Assembly (NCBI RefSeq): GCF_018350175.1
Contig: NC_058368.1
Location: 119,414,001 to 119,478,000 of the forward strand
DNA: 64,000 nucleotides
From: Felis catus
Taxonomy: Eukaryota
Direction: 5' to 3'
Shown here: in pieces, positions 11,807 to 23,462 of the stretch
How positions within the stretch are numbered: position 1 is the stretch's first letter
Layout: the number at the start of each line of letters is the position of its first letter
Translations under genes and position numbers: made by a program
Notes under the pieces: generated by a model
The model's database searches: none
Told to the model about the DNA's origin: nothing
The model's input: the letters and a program-made list of their open reading frames with translations, nothing else

Positions 11807-12343
11807 CCTCCATGCTAGAGCCAGAGGTAAGTGTTCAGAAAGGCAGACCTGTTCCATTACTCCTCTGATGGAAAACCTTCAAGGGCTCTGCAGCTTAGAA
11901 TGATCCAGAAGCCCTGTATGATTTGACTCCTATTAAGCTTGTCACATGCTCCCTTTACTAGGCCCTCCAGAGTTACCCAAGTTACCAAGTACCCACCAGA
12001 CCCTACTCAAGAGTTTCCTTTTCAAATTTCCTTCACATGGTGAAATCTTTGCACACAGTGGTCTCTCTGTGTGGAATTTCTGGCCCTCACCACTCCCTAC
12101 TTGCTCCTTAATCCCCAGGCTCAGGTATCTTCTCTTCCAAAACGCCTTCCTGAAACATACCTCCTGTCCAAAGTTGATCCCATTCCCCTTTTGGGGCGTT
12201 ACTCTATCTTGCATCACAAAGCTCCTGCTCTTCACTTGGACTGCAAGTCCCTTGAAGCTAGACATTTTTATTCTTCTTTGTTTCCTGAGCTCTTAGCACC
12301 GTGGCTGGCACACAAGAAGAACTTAATGTTTTTGAGTAAATGA
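11807..12343 (+). mobile_element. L2 3' end
   Basis: ccattactcctctgatggaaaaccttcaagggct...ttagcaccgtggctggcacacaagaagaacttaatgtttttgagtaaatga matches the L2 terminus. Confidence 0.8.
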
Positions 12344-12808
12344 CAGGTACCTAGAATCATTAGGGGACCCTTCAGTGAGTGGGTCAAGATCAAATATGAT
12401 GCTGAAATTCTTTGGCCAACGGGCTTAGAGAGGACTGTCCATTGTTTCCCATAAAAACCCAGAATCTAAATTCCCAGAGGATCTTAATGGATATTACTAC
12501 AACTTAGCTTTAAATAGCTGAGAATTTTTATAGCATGGACACTAATCCTCCCCACTTGGAGTTCTTGCTATTTGAAAAAGGAAATCTCACCTGACAGATG
12601 GATTAATGTTCGAGAAGAGTGTATTTGCACAGCTGCAAGAGTCTTTCTCAAACAAGATGTTTGAGCTCTCCTCTATGCAGGAAATTTGATCACTAGATGA
12701 AAACATTAAACCATTTAGACAGAGCCTGGAGAACCACGGGAAGCACCATGTCCACTAAAGAACATCATTTATAGAAATCCCTCTAAAGGTTTCCCTTTTC
12801 TTTCTGAG

Positions 12809-12876
12809 GTGTTTGTGTGTGAGCATGTGCATGCGTGTGCGTGTGCGTGTGCATGTGTGTGTGTGCCTGTGCACAC
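12809..12876. repeat. Degenerate (TG)/(TGCGTG) alternating purine-pyrimidine tract
   Basis: gtgtgtgagcatgtgcatgcgtgtgcgtgtgcgtgtgcatgtgtgtgtgtg read directly. Confidence 0.9.
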
Positions 12877-13854
12877 AAGTTTCTTTGTGTTATAAATAAA
12901 GCCCTTCAGAATCCACCATGAATCAGGGGCAAATGGCAGCCTGGATGTCCAGGTGTCTAGACTACCCATTAGAAGACTGACCACATGACAAACCCTGTGC
13001 GCAGCTCTTAAGCCGTCTAAACACTGTCTTGTGAAGAATGTCCTGGAGTCATTCCCTTACTTTAGTTTCTCTTTATGCTGCAACTACCTTACTCAGTGGC
13101 AAACTGCAATGATGCAATTCAGGAGAAATAAATTTGGGGCACAATGGCCTAGAGTGCGTATTCAATACAGGGCTCATAGAGCAGCTGAATTCACATGCAT
13201 AAGTCTGCCAGGACCACCATAGGATAGACTTCAGAAATCTTCCCAAAAAGCTGAAAGGAGCTGTAAAGTTTACACAGGGCATGAGACATCCGCAGGGGAT
13301 TTCTAGGGGCAACTCTACTGGCTAAGCATATGACTGACATTGTGAGGTCACTTCCTTTGTGGATTCACATGGGAAGGATGATCAGCCCCTTCGGTTTTTC
13401 AGTATAAACCATCTGAGGTTAAGGATTGTGAGGGAAAGGGTCTTGAACAGGAACAAAAATGGAGCTTTGGGACTTGATGACACATGATATTCATACACTG
13501 TCAAACACACTAGGATAGTGGAGGCAGCTATGGTGACACCTAAGGTGCTCTAGTCTTGGGGATGAAGCTTTTTTAAATAACAATGACAAGAGAAGGGTAA
13601 GTGGGAATAAAGAGTTATTCTGTGCTCTACAGTTCCACTTTTTGAAGCTTTCCACAGAGTCCAGTGCCCTTCTTTGGAACGGGTGCGCTGTTTGAAGAAT
13701 CAAAGTCAACTTTTAAAATATAAAATAAAAAGAAGAAAAGTTTGGGCACATAAAGAAAAGCTGAAAACATGTCCAAATATTCTGTTTCAAAAGGACAAAA
13801 AGAAGTCATGCATCCCTGAATATTTGCTTCTGTGTAAACACACTTTTGTTAAAG

Positions 13855-13855
<1 letters not shown>

Positions 13856-13895
<40 letters not shown>
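13856..13895. repeat. (CA)20 microsatellite
   Basis: Perfect CA run. Confidence 0.97.
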
Positions 13896-13898
<3 letters not shown>

Positions 13899-14429
13899 GG
13901 AGGGAGGGAGGGAGAAAGAGAAAGACGTTATCAAACTCCAGGTCAGAGCTCCAGCCCTCAACATGTGAATAATCCTCTGAAATCACCCTTCAATAGAAAT
14001 ATCCTAAGAGGTCCAAAATGATACAGCCTGGAGAACCAAAGCAATATGCTTAAGACCTCTAAGCACAGATGACCTCTGCTATTCTAGGTACAGAGGGAAC
14101 TTCTTTATGAACTTTTTATGACCAAATATACTTTTGCATTGTATGACTATGAAACTGTCTACGAAAATCAAGAACAAGAAATGTAAGTATTTATTAAAAG
14201 GTTGGAAAAAAGAAAAATGGAGGAAAATACCTTTACATTTCAAAAGAGTTCAATCCACGATGAGGGCGACTGTAGATCCAAGACCAAGTTGATTGGTCTG
14301 GAAATAATGGGTTTGCACATATGCTTTTTCCCTTCCATCTCCTTACCGTCTTCTCCCTGCCTTCTTCCTCCTTTAGAGGGCACTGCAATGAATACAAGTT
14401 TTTTGGGCTCATCATTCTTTTGTGGAGCC

Positions 14430-14841
14430 ACCTTACTCCAACTCTCAGTTCACTCAGTTGGAGTATCATTGAACTTACCCAATGGCCTATGCACATCTAG
14501 GCATGACCGACAAGAATACTCCATTTCCTTGGTCTTGATGATTGCTTTAGGGATGATCATGTGCCTGTGGCAATGAAAATACACTGGCAACTTCTGCAGG
14601 AGCTACTGGCAAAAAGGGACTCTCTTTGGGGGTTGCTAATCCAAAGAGCCTGTCTGAGAAAAGAAGCCAAAAGGGAGAAAAGATAAACTGAAAGATAAGG
14701 AGGGGGGATGAGCACATGGTTGTCCAGTTTGAGGCCTGAGATGTGCCTTAAGCTAGAAACCTCCATGGATTTGCAGTTAAGTAAGCCAATAAATTCCCCC
14801 TTTTTTTATGTAAGGCAGTTGAGTAGGTTTCTGTCACTTGC

Positions 14842-14889
<48 letters not shown>

Positions 14890-14899
14890 TGCCTAACAG
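14430..14899 (+). mobile_element. MaLR solo LTR (MLT1J/K-like) containing an A43 homopolymer
   Basis: agccaataaattccccctttttt...gagtaggtttctgtcacttgc[A43]gtcttgcctaacaga matches the MLT1 3' end; 5' boundary approximate. Confidence 0.75.
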
Positions 14900-15639
14900 A
14901 GAAATGCAGAGCAGTGCTGGAAGTTTTTAACTTGGAACCCAGACAACTTTAGCTAAGTTAAATTCGAGAAAACAAGGATTACCTAGGACCCCACAGTTAC
15001 AGTTGACTAAAGGAAAGAACATAATATCTATGATTTTATTGGAGCCCAGGCCAGACAACCCTCAAATTGTTTCAATGTCATCTCTCCTATCTGCTGGCAT
15101 CTGGCTTCTTTTAATACAGCGTGGTGGCTTAGTGGATCAATACACAACATCTTTACCTAGTTTTTTCTTTTGCCTCCTCTGAGTCTCATGCCATACCCCC
15201 AGGTACATGCCACTGCTCTCATCGTTCTTCCTTGGCTTCTCCCTGTTGTCTGCCTTTCTCTAGTGTAACAATCAGTGAAGTGTCACAGTTAGATGCTTCC
15301 TACCCCACGTACCCCTCCAGACTGACAGCTGTCCCACCCAGCGGAGACTGCCGATGTCCATGGGTATATTCCTGGAACCTAGTCTGGGGTCTGCCACCCC
15401 AAATGTTGCAGTGAATTGAATTAGTGCCTCAACTCAGACTCACTCTGACCCTGCTCAACACCCAGCCTCTGCCTCCTTGGAACTCTCAGAGACTTTCTTG
15501 CCTCTGACTTCAGCCAGCTACTTAGTGCTTCCTACTTGACCTTGTCCCTTACGAAACCCATCACTATAAGTGTGCTTATGTATTTATTGAACATTTCCCA
15601 AGGAAGCACATGATGTGCTTTAGCCCAGTAAGTCCTCAG

Positions 15640-16310
15640 AGCAGCTTCTCCATCTTACAGATGAGGAGGTCAGGCCTGAGAAGTTAAGTGGCTTGCCCAA
15701 GGTCACCTGGCTAGTAACTCAAGTATTATCGGTTCCTTGGGGGCTAAACATGCTTCGTTTATATTGTTGAATTACCCTCACAACCACCCTGTTATGTACA
15801 ATTCTTAGTACCATTTTCCAGATAAGAAAATTGAGACTCAGTGAGGTTGTCATTTGCCCAATACCACTGGATGCCAACAAGAACTGAGATTAAATTCTAG
15901 GATGTTTGAGCCCAGAGCCCTGACTCATCAACCATTGTGTCAAACAGTTGTCTATTCATTGATGGGTGATTTGTATCAGAAGGGTCATCTGCCCTTTAAT
16001 TACTATTTGTTGTTCTTCTTCCTGTTTATAGGCATAATAATAACTACTTCATGGGGTTGTCATAAGTGCTTCAATTGAAGAAGTTCCAAGAGCGTCTGGC
16101 ATATAGTAAGTGCTCAATGAATTGTACTGATCATTAATGTTTACTGAGGGCTTCTTATGCCAGGCATTGTCGTAAGTACTTTACATATATTATCTCACGG
16201 AAGACTCACATCAGCCTCATGAGATGGGTACCAATAGCAGGCGCATTTTATAGATGTGGAAACTGAGGCTCAGAAAAGTTAAGTAACTTGACAAAAACCA
16301 CAGAGCCCAA
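15640..16310. mobile_element. Cluster of four MIR SINEs (-, -, +, -)
   Basis: MIR core motifs at ~15650, ~15810 and ~16245 (cattttatagatgtggaaactgaggctcagaaaagttaagtaacttg); plus-strand MIR tail ctggcatatagtaagtgctcaat near 16100. Confidence 0.85.
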
Positions 16311-18018
16311 GACTGAACAATTAGCTAATTGTTTGTTGGCATAACTGTGGTCCTGGCTTCCACTGTCTTTCTTACTTGGAAAGTTTTGGTAAAGACATCA
16401 GAGAGCCCAACTATCTCCAGGTGGACTGGCCTCTTTTGGGGTTCAGCTTGCTCCTGGCCTTTTGGTAGTCCCTTAGCCTCATGGTCCTCAGCTTTCTAGA
16501 TGAAGAGCTTGAACATCTACAGCTACAACTCTGGGGAGTCAAGTGGGGGGAGGAGGAGCTGCTAAAAGGAGAAAGAAAACACAGGTGTATTGCACCCTTA
16601 TTGCATTTGAGCACCAAGGGCTGGACACAGGAAGCAATTCCATTTGAACCACTATGCACCTGGCCAGCTGAAGTGCTCAACAGTGAAAGGTACAAACCTC
16701 TTCCCATCCCCACTCTTCCTGATGCTCCTCACTGGGGTGAACTGGCACCAAACGAGGAAAGAACTGGAAATTTTCTTGTTAATTTCTGCCTTGTAGATTA
16801 TTCAGATTGCAAAAAAACTCCATGTTGAGTCTAAAAGTGTCTGGACCAGCTGTCTGTATAGATTAAATAATCCAGATGGCTGCATGAGTTACTATACCAG
16901 AAAAAAAAAAAAGTGGTTTCACCATGGAGTGAGCCGATCCAGAAAGTTCAGGGATAATAGATTTCTTTACCTTGCACGACCCCATGTCTTCTCTTCTTAG
17001 TTTGGCTCACTGAAATTTACTATGCAATTGCCAAATCTTCCCTTCACTTGGGCTATTTAAATAGCCACAATGTTGCCTTTTTATATAAAAGATTAAAAAA
17101 TAAACAACCAAAATGTGATGGCATTTGGAATAAAGGATTAATCAGTTCTGTCACTCTCATTTGGGCAGCAAAATCAAGCCTCTTGTTTTGGGAAATACTG
17201 CTGGATGGGCTAATTTCCACATCGCCAGGCTGTTTTTCTTTTTAATATCACAGTGGATTTGCTGTGGCGGGGGCTGCTACAAACTGCGGGCACCATAACT
17301 CATTTAAAATGTGGCTGCCAATCCGTTTGGGGGAAGGAGGCCTACTGTATCCCTTGACGGTGGGCTTCTTCGCAAGGGCACAGACCTGCAGAGGAGTCTG
17401 TGTCATCTTCTCCCCTGCACCTCCCTGTGGCTTGAGCAAAGGCAAAGTGTCAGATCGCCCTTGTGGGAAACAGTGACAGGAATCTCTGTGCTCTTCTCTG
17501 CAACCCTGCTGCTGGGAACTCACAGCCATCCACTTCTTATCCTTGTTCCTTGGTGCCCATGCTAGCAGAAACCCAAGACAATGCAGATGGCTCACCTTTG
17601 CCACCTACGTGCTTAAGAAACACATGTGACAGTGGGTGCCAGGCGCTTTTGCATTGTCAAACACTCCTGCCAAGTTCCCTTCTAAGAAGGAAGAACATAC
17701 AATCTGAGGGACCTAGACAAAGTTATAAAACGTAATTCTCTCACCTACAAAATCTCAGATCACTGTACTGTACTCCGTAGGTGATGATTATACTTTTATT
17801 TATTTTTCCTCTCCATTCACAGATGTCAATACTTGGTGAGAAGTTGCCAGATACTTACTTTATCTGCAGCTCAAAGCACAAAGGGAAGGCAGCAGAAACC
17901 ACACTGGCGTGCTGACAGCACAGCATTAGGAATATGGATCTATGCCAATCGATGCCTGGGTGCCAAGACAAGAAGGCAAGGGCGCATTATTTAAGGACAC
18001 ATTTTAAAACAAGAATTA

Positions 18019-19071
18019 GCCAATGAAGAAATGGGCAGAAGACACAATAGATACTTTTCTAAAGAAGACATCCAGATGGCCAACAGGCATGAAAAGGTGC
18101 TCAACGTCACTCATCATCAGGCAAATACAAATCAAAGCCACACTGAGATAACACCTCACACCTGCCAGAGTGGCTAAAAGGAACAAATCAGGAGACTATA
18201 GATGCTGGCGAGGATCTGGAGAAACGGGAACCCTCTTGCATTGTTGGTGGGAATGCAAACTGGTGCAGCTGCTCTGGAAGGTTCCTCAAAAAATTAAAAA
18301 TAGCTCTACCCTATGACCCAGCAATAGCACTGCGAGGAATTTACCCAAGGAATACAAGAGTGCTGATGCAGAGGGGCACTTGTACCCCAATGTTTATAGC
18401 AGTACTTTCAACAATAGCCAAATTATGGAAAGAGCCTAAATGTCCATCCACTGACGAATGGATAAAGAAGATGTGGTTTACATATACAATGGAATACTAC
18501 TTGGCAATGAGAAAGAATGAAATCCTGCCATTTGTAGCAACGTGGATGGAACTAGAGAGTATTATGTTAAGTGAAATACAGATACCATATGTTTTCACTC
18601 ATATGTGGACCCTGAGAAACTTAACAGAAGACCATGGGGTAGGGGAAGGGGGAAAAAAATTTACAGAGAGGGAGGAAGGCAAACCATAAGAGACTCTTAA
18701 GTACTGAGAACAGACTGAAGGTTGATGGGGGGATGCGGCACGGGGGTAAGTGGGTGATGGGCACTGAGGAGGGCAGTTGTTGGGATGAGCATTCGATGTT
18801 GTATGTAAGCCAATGGGACAGTACATTATATTTAAATTTTTTTTAATGTTTATGTCTGAGACAGAAAGAGACAGAGCATTAGTGGGGGAGGGGCAGAGAG
18901 AGAGGGAGACACAGAATCTGAAGCAGGCTCCCAGCTCTGAGCTGTCAGCACAGAGTCTGACGTGGGGCTCGAACTCACAAACCATGAGATCATGGCCTGA
19001 GCTGAAGTCGGTTATTCAACCGACTGAGGCACCCAGGCGTCCCAACCGTAAATTATATTTAAAAAAAAAAA
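18019..19071 (+). mobile_element. 5'-truncated felid L1 (ORF2 end and 3'UTR) with a nested SINE in its tail
   Basis: ORF2 remnant [32 protein letters not shown]; poly-A at 19061-19075; perfect TSD aaaacaagaatta at 18006-18018 and 19072-19084. Confidence 0.96.
18837..19043 (-). mobile_element. Can-SINE nested in L1 3' end
   Basis: SINEC body; TSD acagtacattatatttaaa (18818-18836) vs accgtaaattatatttaaa (19045-19063). Confidence 0.95.
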
Positions 19072-19439
19072 AAAACAAGAATTAAATTGTCATAGAACTT
19101 ACCTTCTCTCTCTGTCTACATCCTAACTCAAAGGATCAACCTCTCACATCTGGGGAAATAGACAATGATTCAGAGTTAAAGGCGAATGAAAATGGAATAT
19201 TTTAGTTCATTTCAGAGTGGTTTAGAGGGATGACATGTTCTTTAGCAAAACAGATGAAGAATTGCCTCCCCCAAATTGACTACTGACATCAGTGACTCAC
19301 TAGACAGGAAGGAAGGAAAGAAGAGAATGGGATGAGCACCATGGCCAACATACATTTTTACTCTCGGTGCTACACGTAATTTGACTCCAGTTTTCATTTA
19401 TTCATGCATATTTTCAATGCTGAAATGTATAGTGGAATA

Positions 19440-19660
19440 AAAATCCTAGACAATTTATTAAGCTCTTACTACATACCAGCCACGGTTTGAAGTGCTGTGC
19501 TTGTATTCAGTCCTCACTGAATGCTATGAGGTAGGTGCCATTGTTAATCCCATTTTACAGAGAGAAAATGGAAAGGTTGAGAGGTTAAGTCATCGGCCCA
19601 AGGTAACACAGCTGGCGAGTGTAGAGCAAGGGTGTGCACTGAGGCAGTCTGACTTCAGAA
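19440..19660 (-). mobile_element. MIR
   Basis: cccattttacagagagaaaatgg...gagaggttaagtcatcggcccaaggtaacacagctgg MIR core. Confidence 0.85.
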
Positions 19661-20369
19661 TTGACATTTGAAACAACTCTCTTCCCTGTGGCCGTGCTGG
19701 TGGGGTAGCATTAGAACAGGGCTTTGGACCAGGCAGGCAGCTACCCAATGAGGCATTTCTGCTTTTGAAGAGTTTATTTTTATACCCTTACTGCCTTCTT
19801 CACAGGGGTGTTTTGGGAATGAACAAGGGCAGTATCCCACTGGCAAGAAAAAATGGATGACTCATCTTGAAGAAGGAGGAGGGGGGAGGACCCTTTCAAG
19901 CCACAAGGATACCATTTTTCACACTGGAGGAGGTCACTGAATGCATCACAGGAGCGAAATGGATCTGAGAGGTCACATGGATAATAGTCCCACCTTTGGG
20001 GAGGACGCCCCGCTGCCAGAAAAATGATTCAAAAGAATTCTTGCCGCAGCGAGGGGATTGGGTTACTTGTGTTGAACAGCGCCCAGGAGCATATGCTTTA
20101 TTAAGTTGACCAGATGTCCTGTTTAGTGACGAGTCCTCACCAGGTATTTTAATGGTCTTGAAGGGTGTCCCGGAAATAAATCACCTGCAGCAAGCAGTCT
20201 TGGTAGTAAGTCCCCTATTCACAAATTGTTAAGGGCTTTAGGTTAGTTTGTTATCATTTGTAATTGTTAAGGTCACGAAAGAAGTCAGAGGGCTTGATAG
20301 CCTGGCAGTAACTCAAAGCTCTACATTTCTTTTCTGCCTTGGATTTGTTCCAATATTATTTTCCTGAGG

Positions 20370-20370
20370 G

Positions 20371-20402
<32 letters not shown>

Positions 20403-20420
20403 GCGCGCGCATGTGCATGC
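20370..20420. repeat. (GT)n-(GC)n alternating purine-pyrimidine tract
   Basis: gtgt...gtgcgtgtgcgcgcgcatgtgcatgc read directly. Confidence 0.95.
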
Positions 20421-20689
20421 CGGTCAGTATGGACACACAAGGTAGGGATGATCCTTTTCCACAAGGAGTGAGTTGAGGCCCTAAGAACTCTGAGAGAGAT
20501 CTTCCTCTGCTATTGCCAAGAAAGCTGTGCCAGATGTGGAGCGGACAGAGGGTTACTTTTCTCCCTTCTCTGCTGTTTTACCCACCAGGTCTCATCTTTC
20601 CCTCCTATTTCACTGGTTCATGACTTTATGCTGGTCCAATGTTAGACAATTTTAAGATACAAACAGAAAATAGTATGAGTTCACACTTC

Positions 20690-21165
20690 TAAAAGCTCTG
20701 CATGTGATACTCATGCCATCCATGGGTCCACTCTTTGAGGTAGACTTTGTTAGTGTCTTCATTTTCTACAGAAGGAAACTGAGGCACAAGAAGTTAAAAA
20801 ATGAGTCCAGAGTAAAATGCTCATCAGTAGGAGAACCAGGCGGTCTGGCTTCAAAGCATCTGGTCACAATCACTGCTGTTCACTGTCTCTTTGTTAATGC
20901 CGCCATGAAAAGAATGTTTCCAGATGAAATAAGAAAGAAGCTGATGCATAGAAGGGAGAAGACTCTAAGCAATAAATAAGAGCAAGTGTCGGCATTTAAT
21001 GCATGTACAGAGATTGTCTTGAATCCTCAGAGCCTCATGGCAGGATGGACATTATTCTACATGTAAGGAACCTGAGACTGGAAGCAGTTTACCATCAAAT
21101 AACCAGGATATGGAAGAATCCGCATTTGAATCCAGACCGACTTGACCTTCCTTTTACTGCACCGT
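20690..21165 (-). mobile_element. Two MIR fragments
   Basis: cattttctacagaaggaaactgaggcacaagaagttaa (~20760) and attctacatgtaaggaacctgagactggaagcagtt (~21055). Confidence 0.75.
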
Positions 21166-22039
21166 CCGGCTTTCCGGTGATAAGCAGAGTGGCACAGAAC
21201 ATGAGGATAAATTCTGTCTCAAAACAGAAAACACATTAAGGTAAAACTACAGTTCAGCAGAAAATATCAGAATGAGACCATCTGAGAAATCACTCAACAA
21301 AACCTTTCGCTTCATGATTTAACCTCTGGCAACATTCCCACTAAATATTAGGTTGGAGACAAATTTGGGAATTAGAATGACTGACGCCTGCTCCCCACAA
21401 ACCCCTAAGAAAACACAACTAGAGAAAAATTTGGCTTGAAAATCTAGATGCTGAGCCAAGCACTGGAAAGACTCTCGAGTATAAAGACGTCACAGGCTTC
21501 TTCATTAAATGAGACCTCTGCCTAGGAAATCATCGTGCTGGCTCAATGCTGGCATTTTGCATTGTCTGCCCAGGTCGCTCAGATCACAGTAGGTTCCATC
21601 AGGGGAACTGCTCAGAGTCAGAGGGCCCCAAACAGCTCCTGGGCCATGCAGCCAGTAGTGGTGGAGTCTTACTGCCTCCTTGGCGAGGCAGGCTTGTCAA
21701 AACTGTTATCTGCAGTCACAGAGCTAGGCGTGGTTAATAGAAAGTCATTTCACTGGTTATACAGATACACACAGACACTGACAGACGCATGTGCTATGTG
21801 GAGAAGCCACAGCCTCTGCTCTTATTCTGAGGGCGCTCTACCTGTGCTAGCCGTCGCACAGACCGGCCACCCCCCTACCTATCGTTATTTGACTTACTCG
21901 ATGTATCTCTTCACTTGTTGGGGAGTCTTTCTCACCCATATATGTTTTTCCCATTTCTTTTCCAAAAAGAGTTTTTCCTTAAGAGGAGCTGAACTCCTCC
22001 AGCCCACTGTTTAAAGGCAAGGAAACAAAAGAATAAGAA

Positions 22040-22250
22040 CAGATAATAATAATAATTAAGCACACGCTCTCTGGCATACACTGAGCTAAGAACTTCACAT
22101 GAATTAGCTCATTTAATCTGCACAAAAACCCTAATGAGGTAGGTACTATTATTAACCCCATATTATAGGTTATACAACTTACCCGAAGCACACAGTGACT
22201 CAGCGGGGTCCCAGCTGTGAGCTGGCGGACCTGAGCTGGCATCACGGACC
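22040..22250 (-). mobile_element. MIR
   Basis: tagctcatttaatctgcacaaaaaccctaatgaggtaggtactattattaaccccat. Confidence 0.85.
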
Positions 22251-22502
22251 CTGCGGTTCCCTGTCTCCCTGCAATTCTTGATATTGTGCCAAGCTCTGTT
22301 AAGTTGAGGCTAAATGTTTTTAATTCCCATTGAGTTTAATTATTTTTGGATGGCTAAAGGAAGAAGTATTTAGAACAATCCTGATTTCCCTATAATTCTT
22401 GTAGGAGGATTCCAAGATAGGATTTAATTTTCTGAATAACTTAAACATCAAGTTCATAAACTGTGTTTCACACTTCTTTGCCTACTTAATGTGAGAATGT
22501 TC

Positions 22503-22546
22503 TTTCTTTTTAAAAAAAATTAGAGACAGTGTGAGTGGGGGAGAGG

Positions 22547-22584
<38 letters not shown>

Positions 22585-22706
22585 CTTAAGCAGGACCCCA
22601 ATCAGTGTGGAGCCCAACATGGGGCTCAATCCCACAACCCTGGAATCATGACCTAAGTTGACATGGAGAGTTGGATGCTCAACTGACTGAGCCACCCAGG
22701 TACCCC
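22503..22706 (-). mobile_element. Can-SINE, older subfamily, with expanded (GA)n
   Basis: ggatgctcaactgactgagccacccaggtacccc terminus; GA repeat at ~22550-22581. Confidence 0.93.
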
Positions 22707-23187
22707 AAAGGGAGCATTTTCTGTAGAAAAAGAAATATATGTAAAAAGAAATGCAGTCTCTGTGAGGGAGGGGTAATTGTTTTTGCCAACTATTACACCC
22801 CAAGAACCAAGAACGTGTGCCTGATACAGGCTAAGTGGTTTGTAAGTATTGATTAAATGGATGAATGAGAGATTTAAAGAGTCACCTAGTTGCCTGTCTC
22901 CCTGGCAAGATCACAATAAACTCCTCAAAGTCACCATTAGATACTGACCCCTAACTTCCCAGAGCCAGATTATTCTGAAATCTGGGAATAGCATTATTGA
23001 AAGGGTCCCTTACCTTTGTCTGAGAAAACAAAGTCACAATAGTTTTTGCTTCTGGGTTAAGTATCTGTGTCTCTTTGGAAATAATTAGAAGGTTAGGCAG
23101 AGACAAAAGGTGGCAATGTCATTCATAGTTGTAACCCTGTTAAAGCCATGAGCCATGTGGTTGAGTCCATTAGAAATTTGAAATTCA

Positions 23188-23462
23188 CTCTTATGTGGAT
23201 CCTGAGAAACTTAACAGAAGACCATGGGGGAGGGGAAAGAAAAAAAAAGTTAGAGAGGGAGAGAGCCAAACCATAAGAGACTCTTAAAAACTGAGAATAA
23301 ACTGTGGGTTGATGGGGGGTGGGAGGGAGGGGAGGGTGGGTGATAGGCATTGAGGAGGGCACCTGTTGGGATGAGCACTGGGTGTTGTAAGGAAACCAAT
23401 CTGACAATAAATTTCATATTAAAAAATATATATACATTTGAAAAGCCCAATAATAATAAAAA
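23188..23462 (+). mobile_element. Severely 5'-truncated felid L1 (3'UTR only) with extra sequence before the final A tail
   Basis: L1_Fc-type end ggaaaccaatctgacaataaatttcatatt; TSD agaaatttgaaattca (23172-23187) vs agaaacttgaaattca (23463-23478). Confidence 0.95.

Noticed and set aside
15955..16310. Tail-to-tail MIR pair as a possible miRNA hairpin (also 35640-36000)
   Set aside because: Copies are too diverged to form a long stable stem by inspection.
21535..22014. 159-aa ORF, the longest outside L1
   Set aside because: GTG start, no domain, composition typical of non-coding DNA; a chance ORF of this size is unsurprising in 64 kb.
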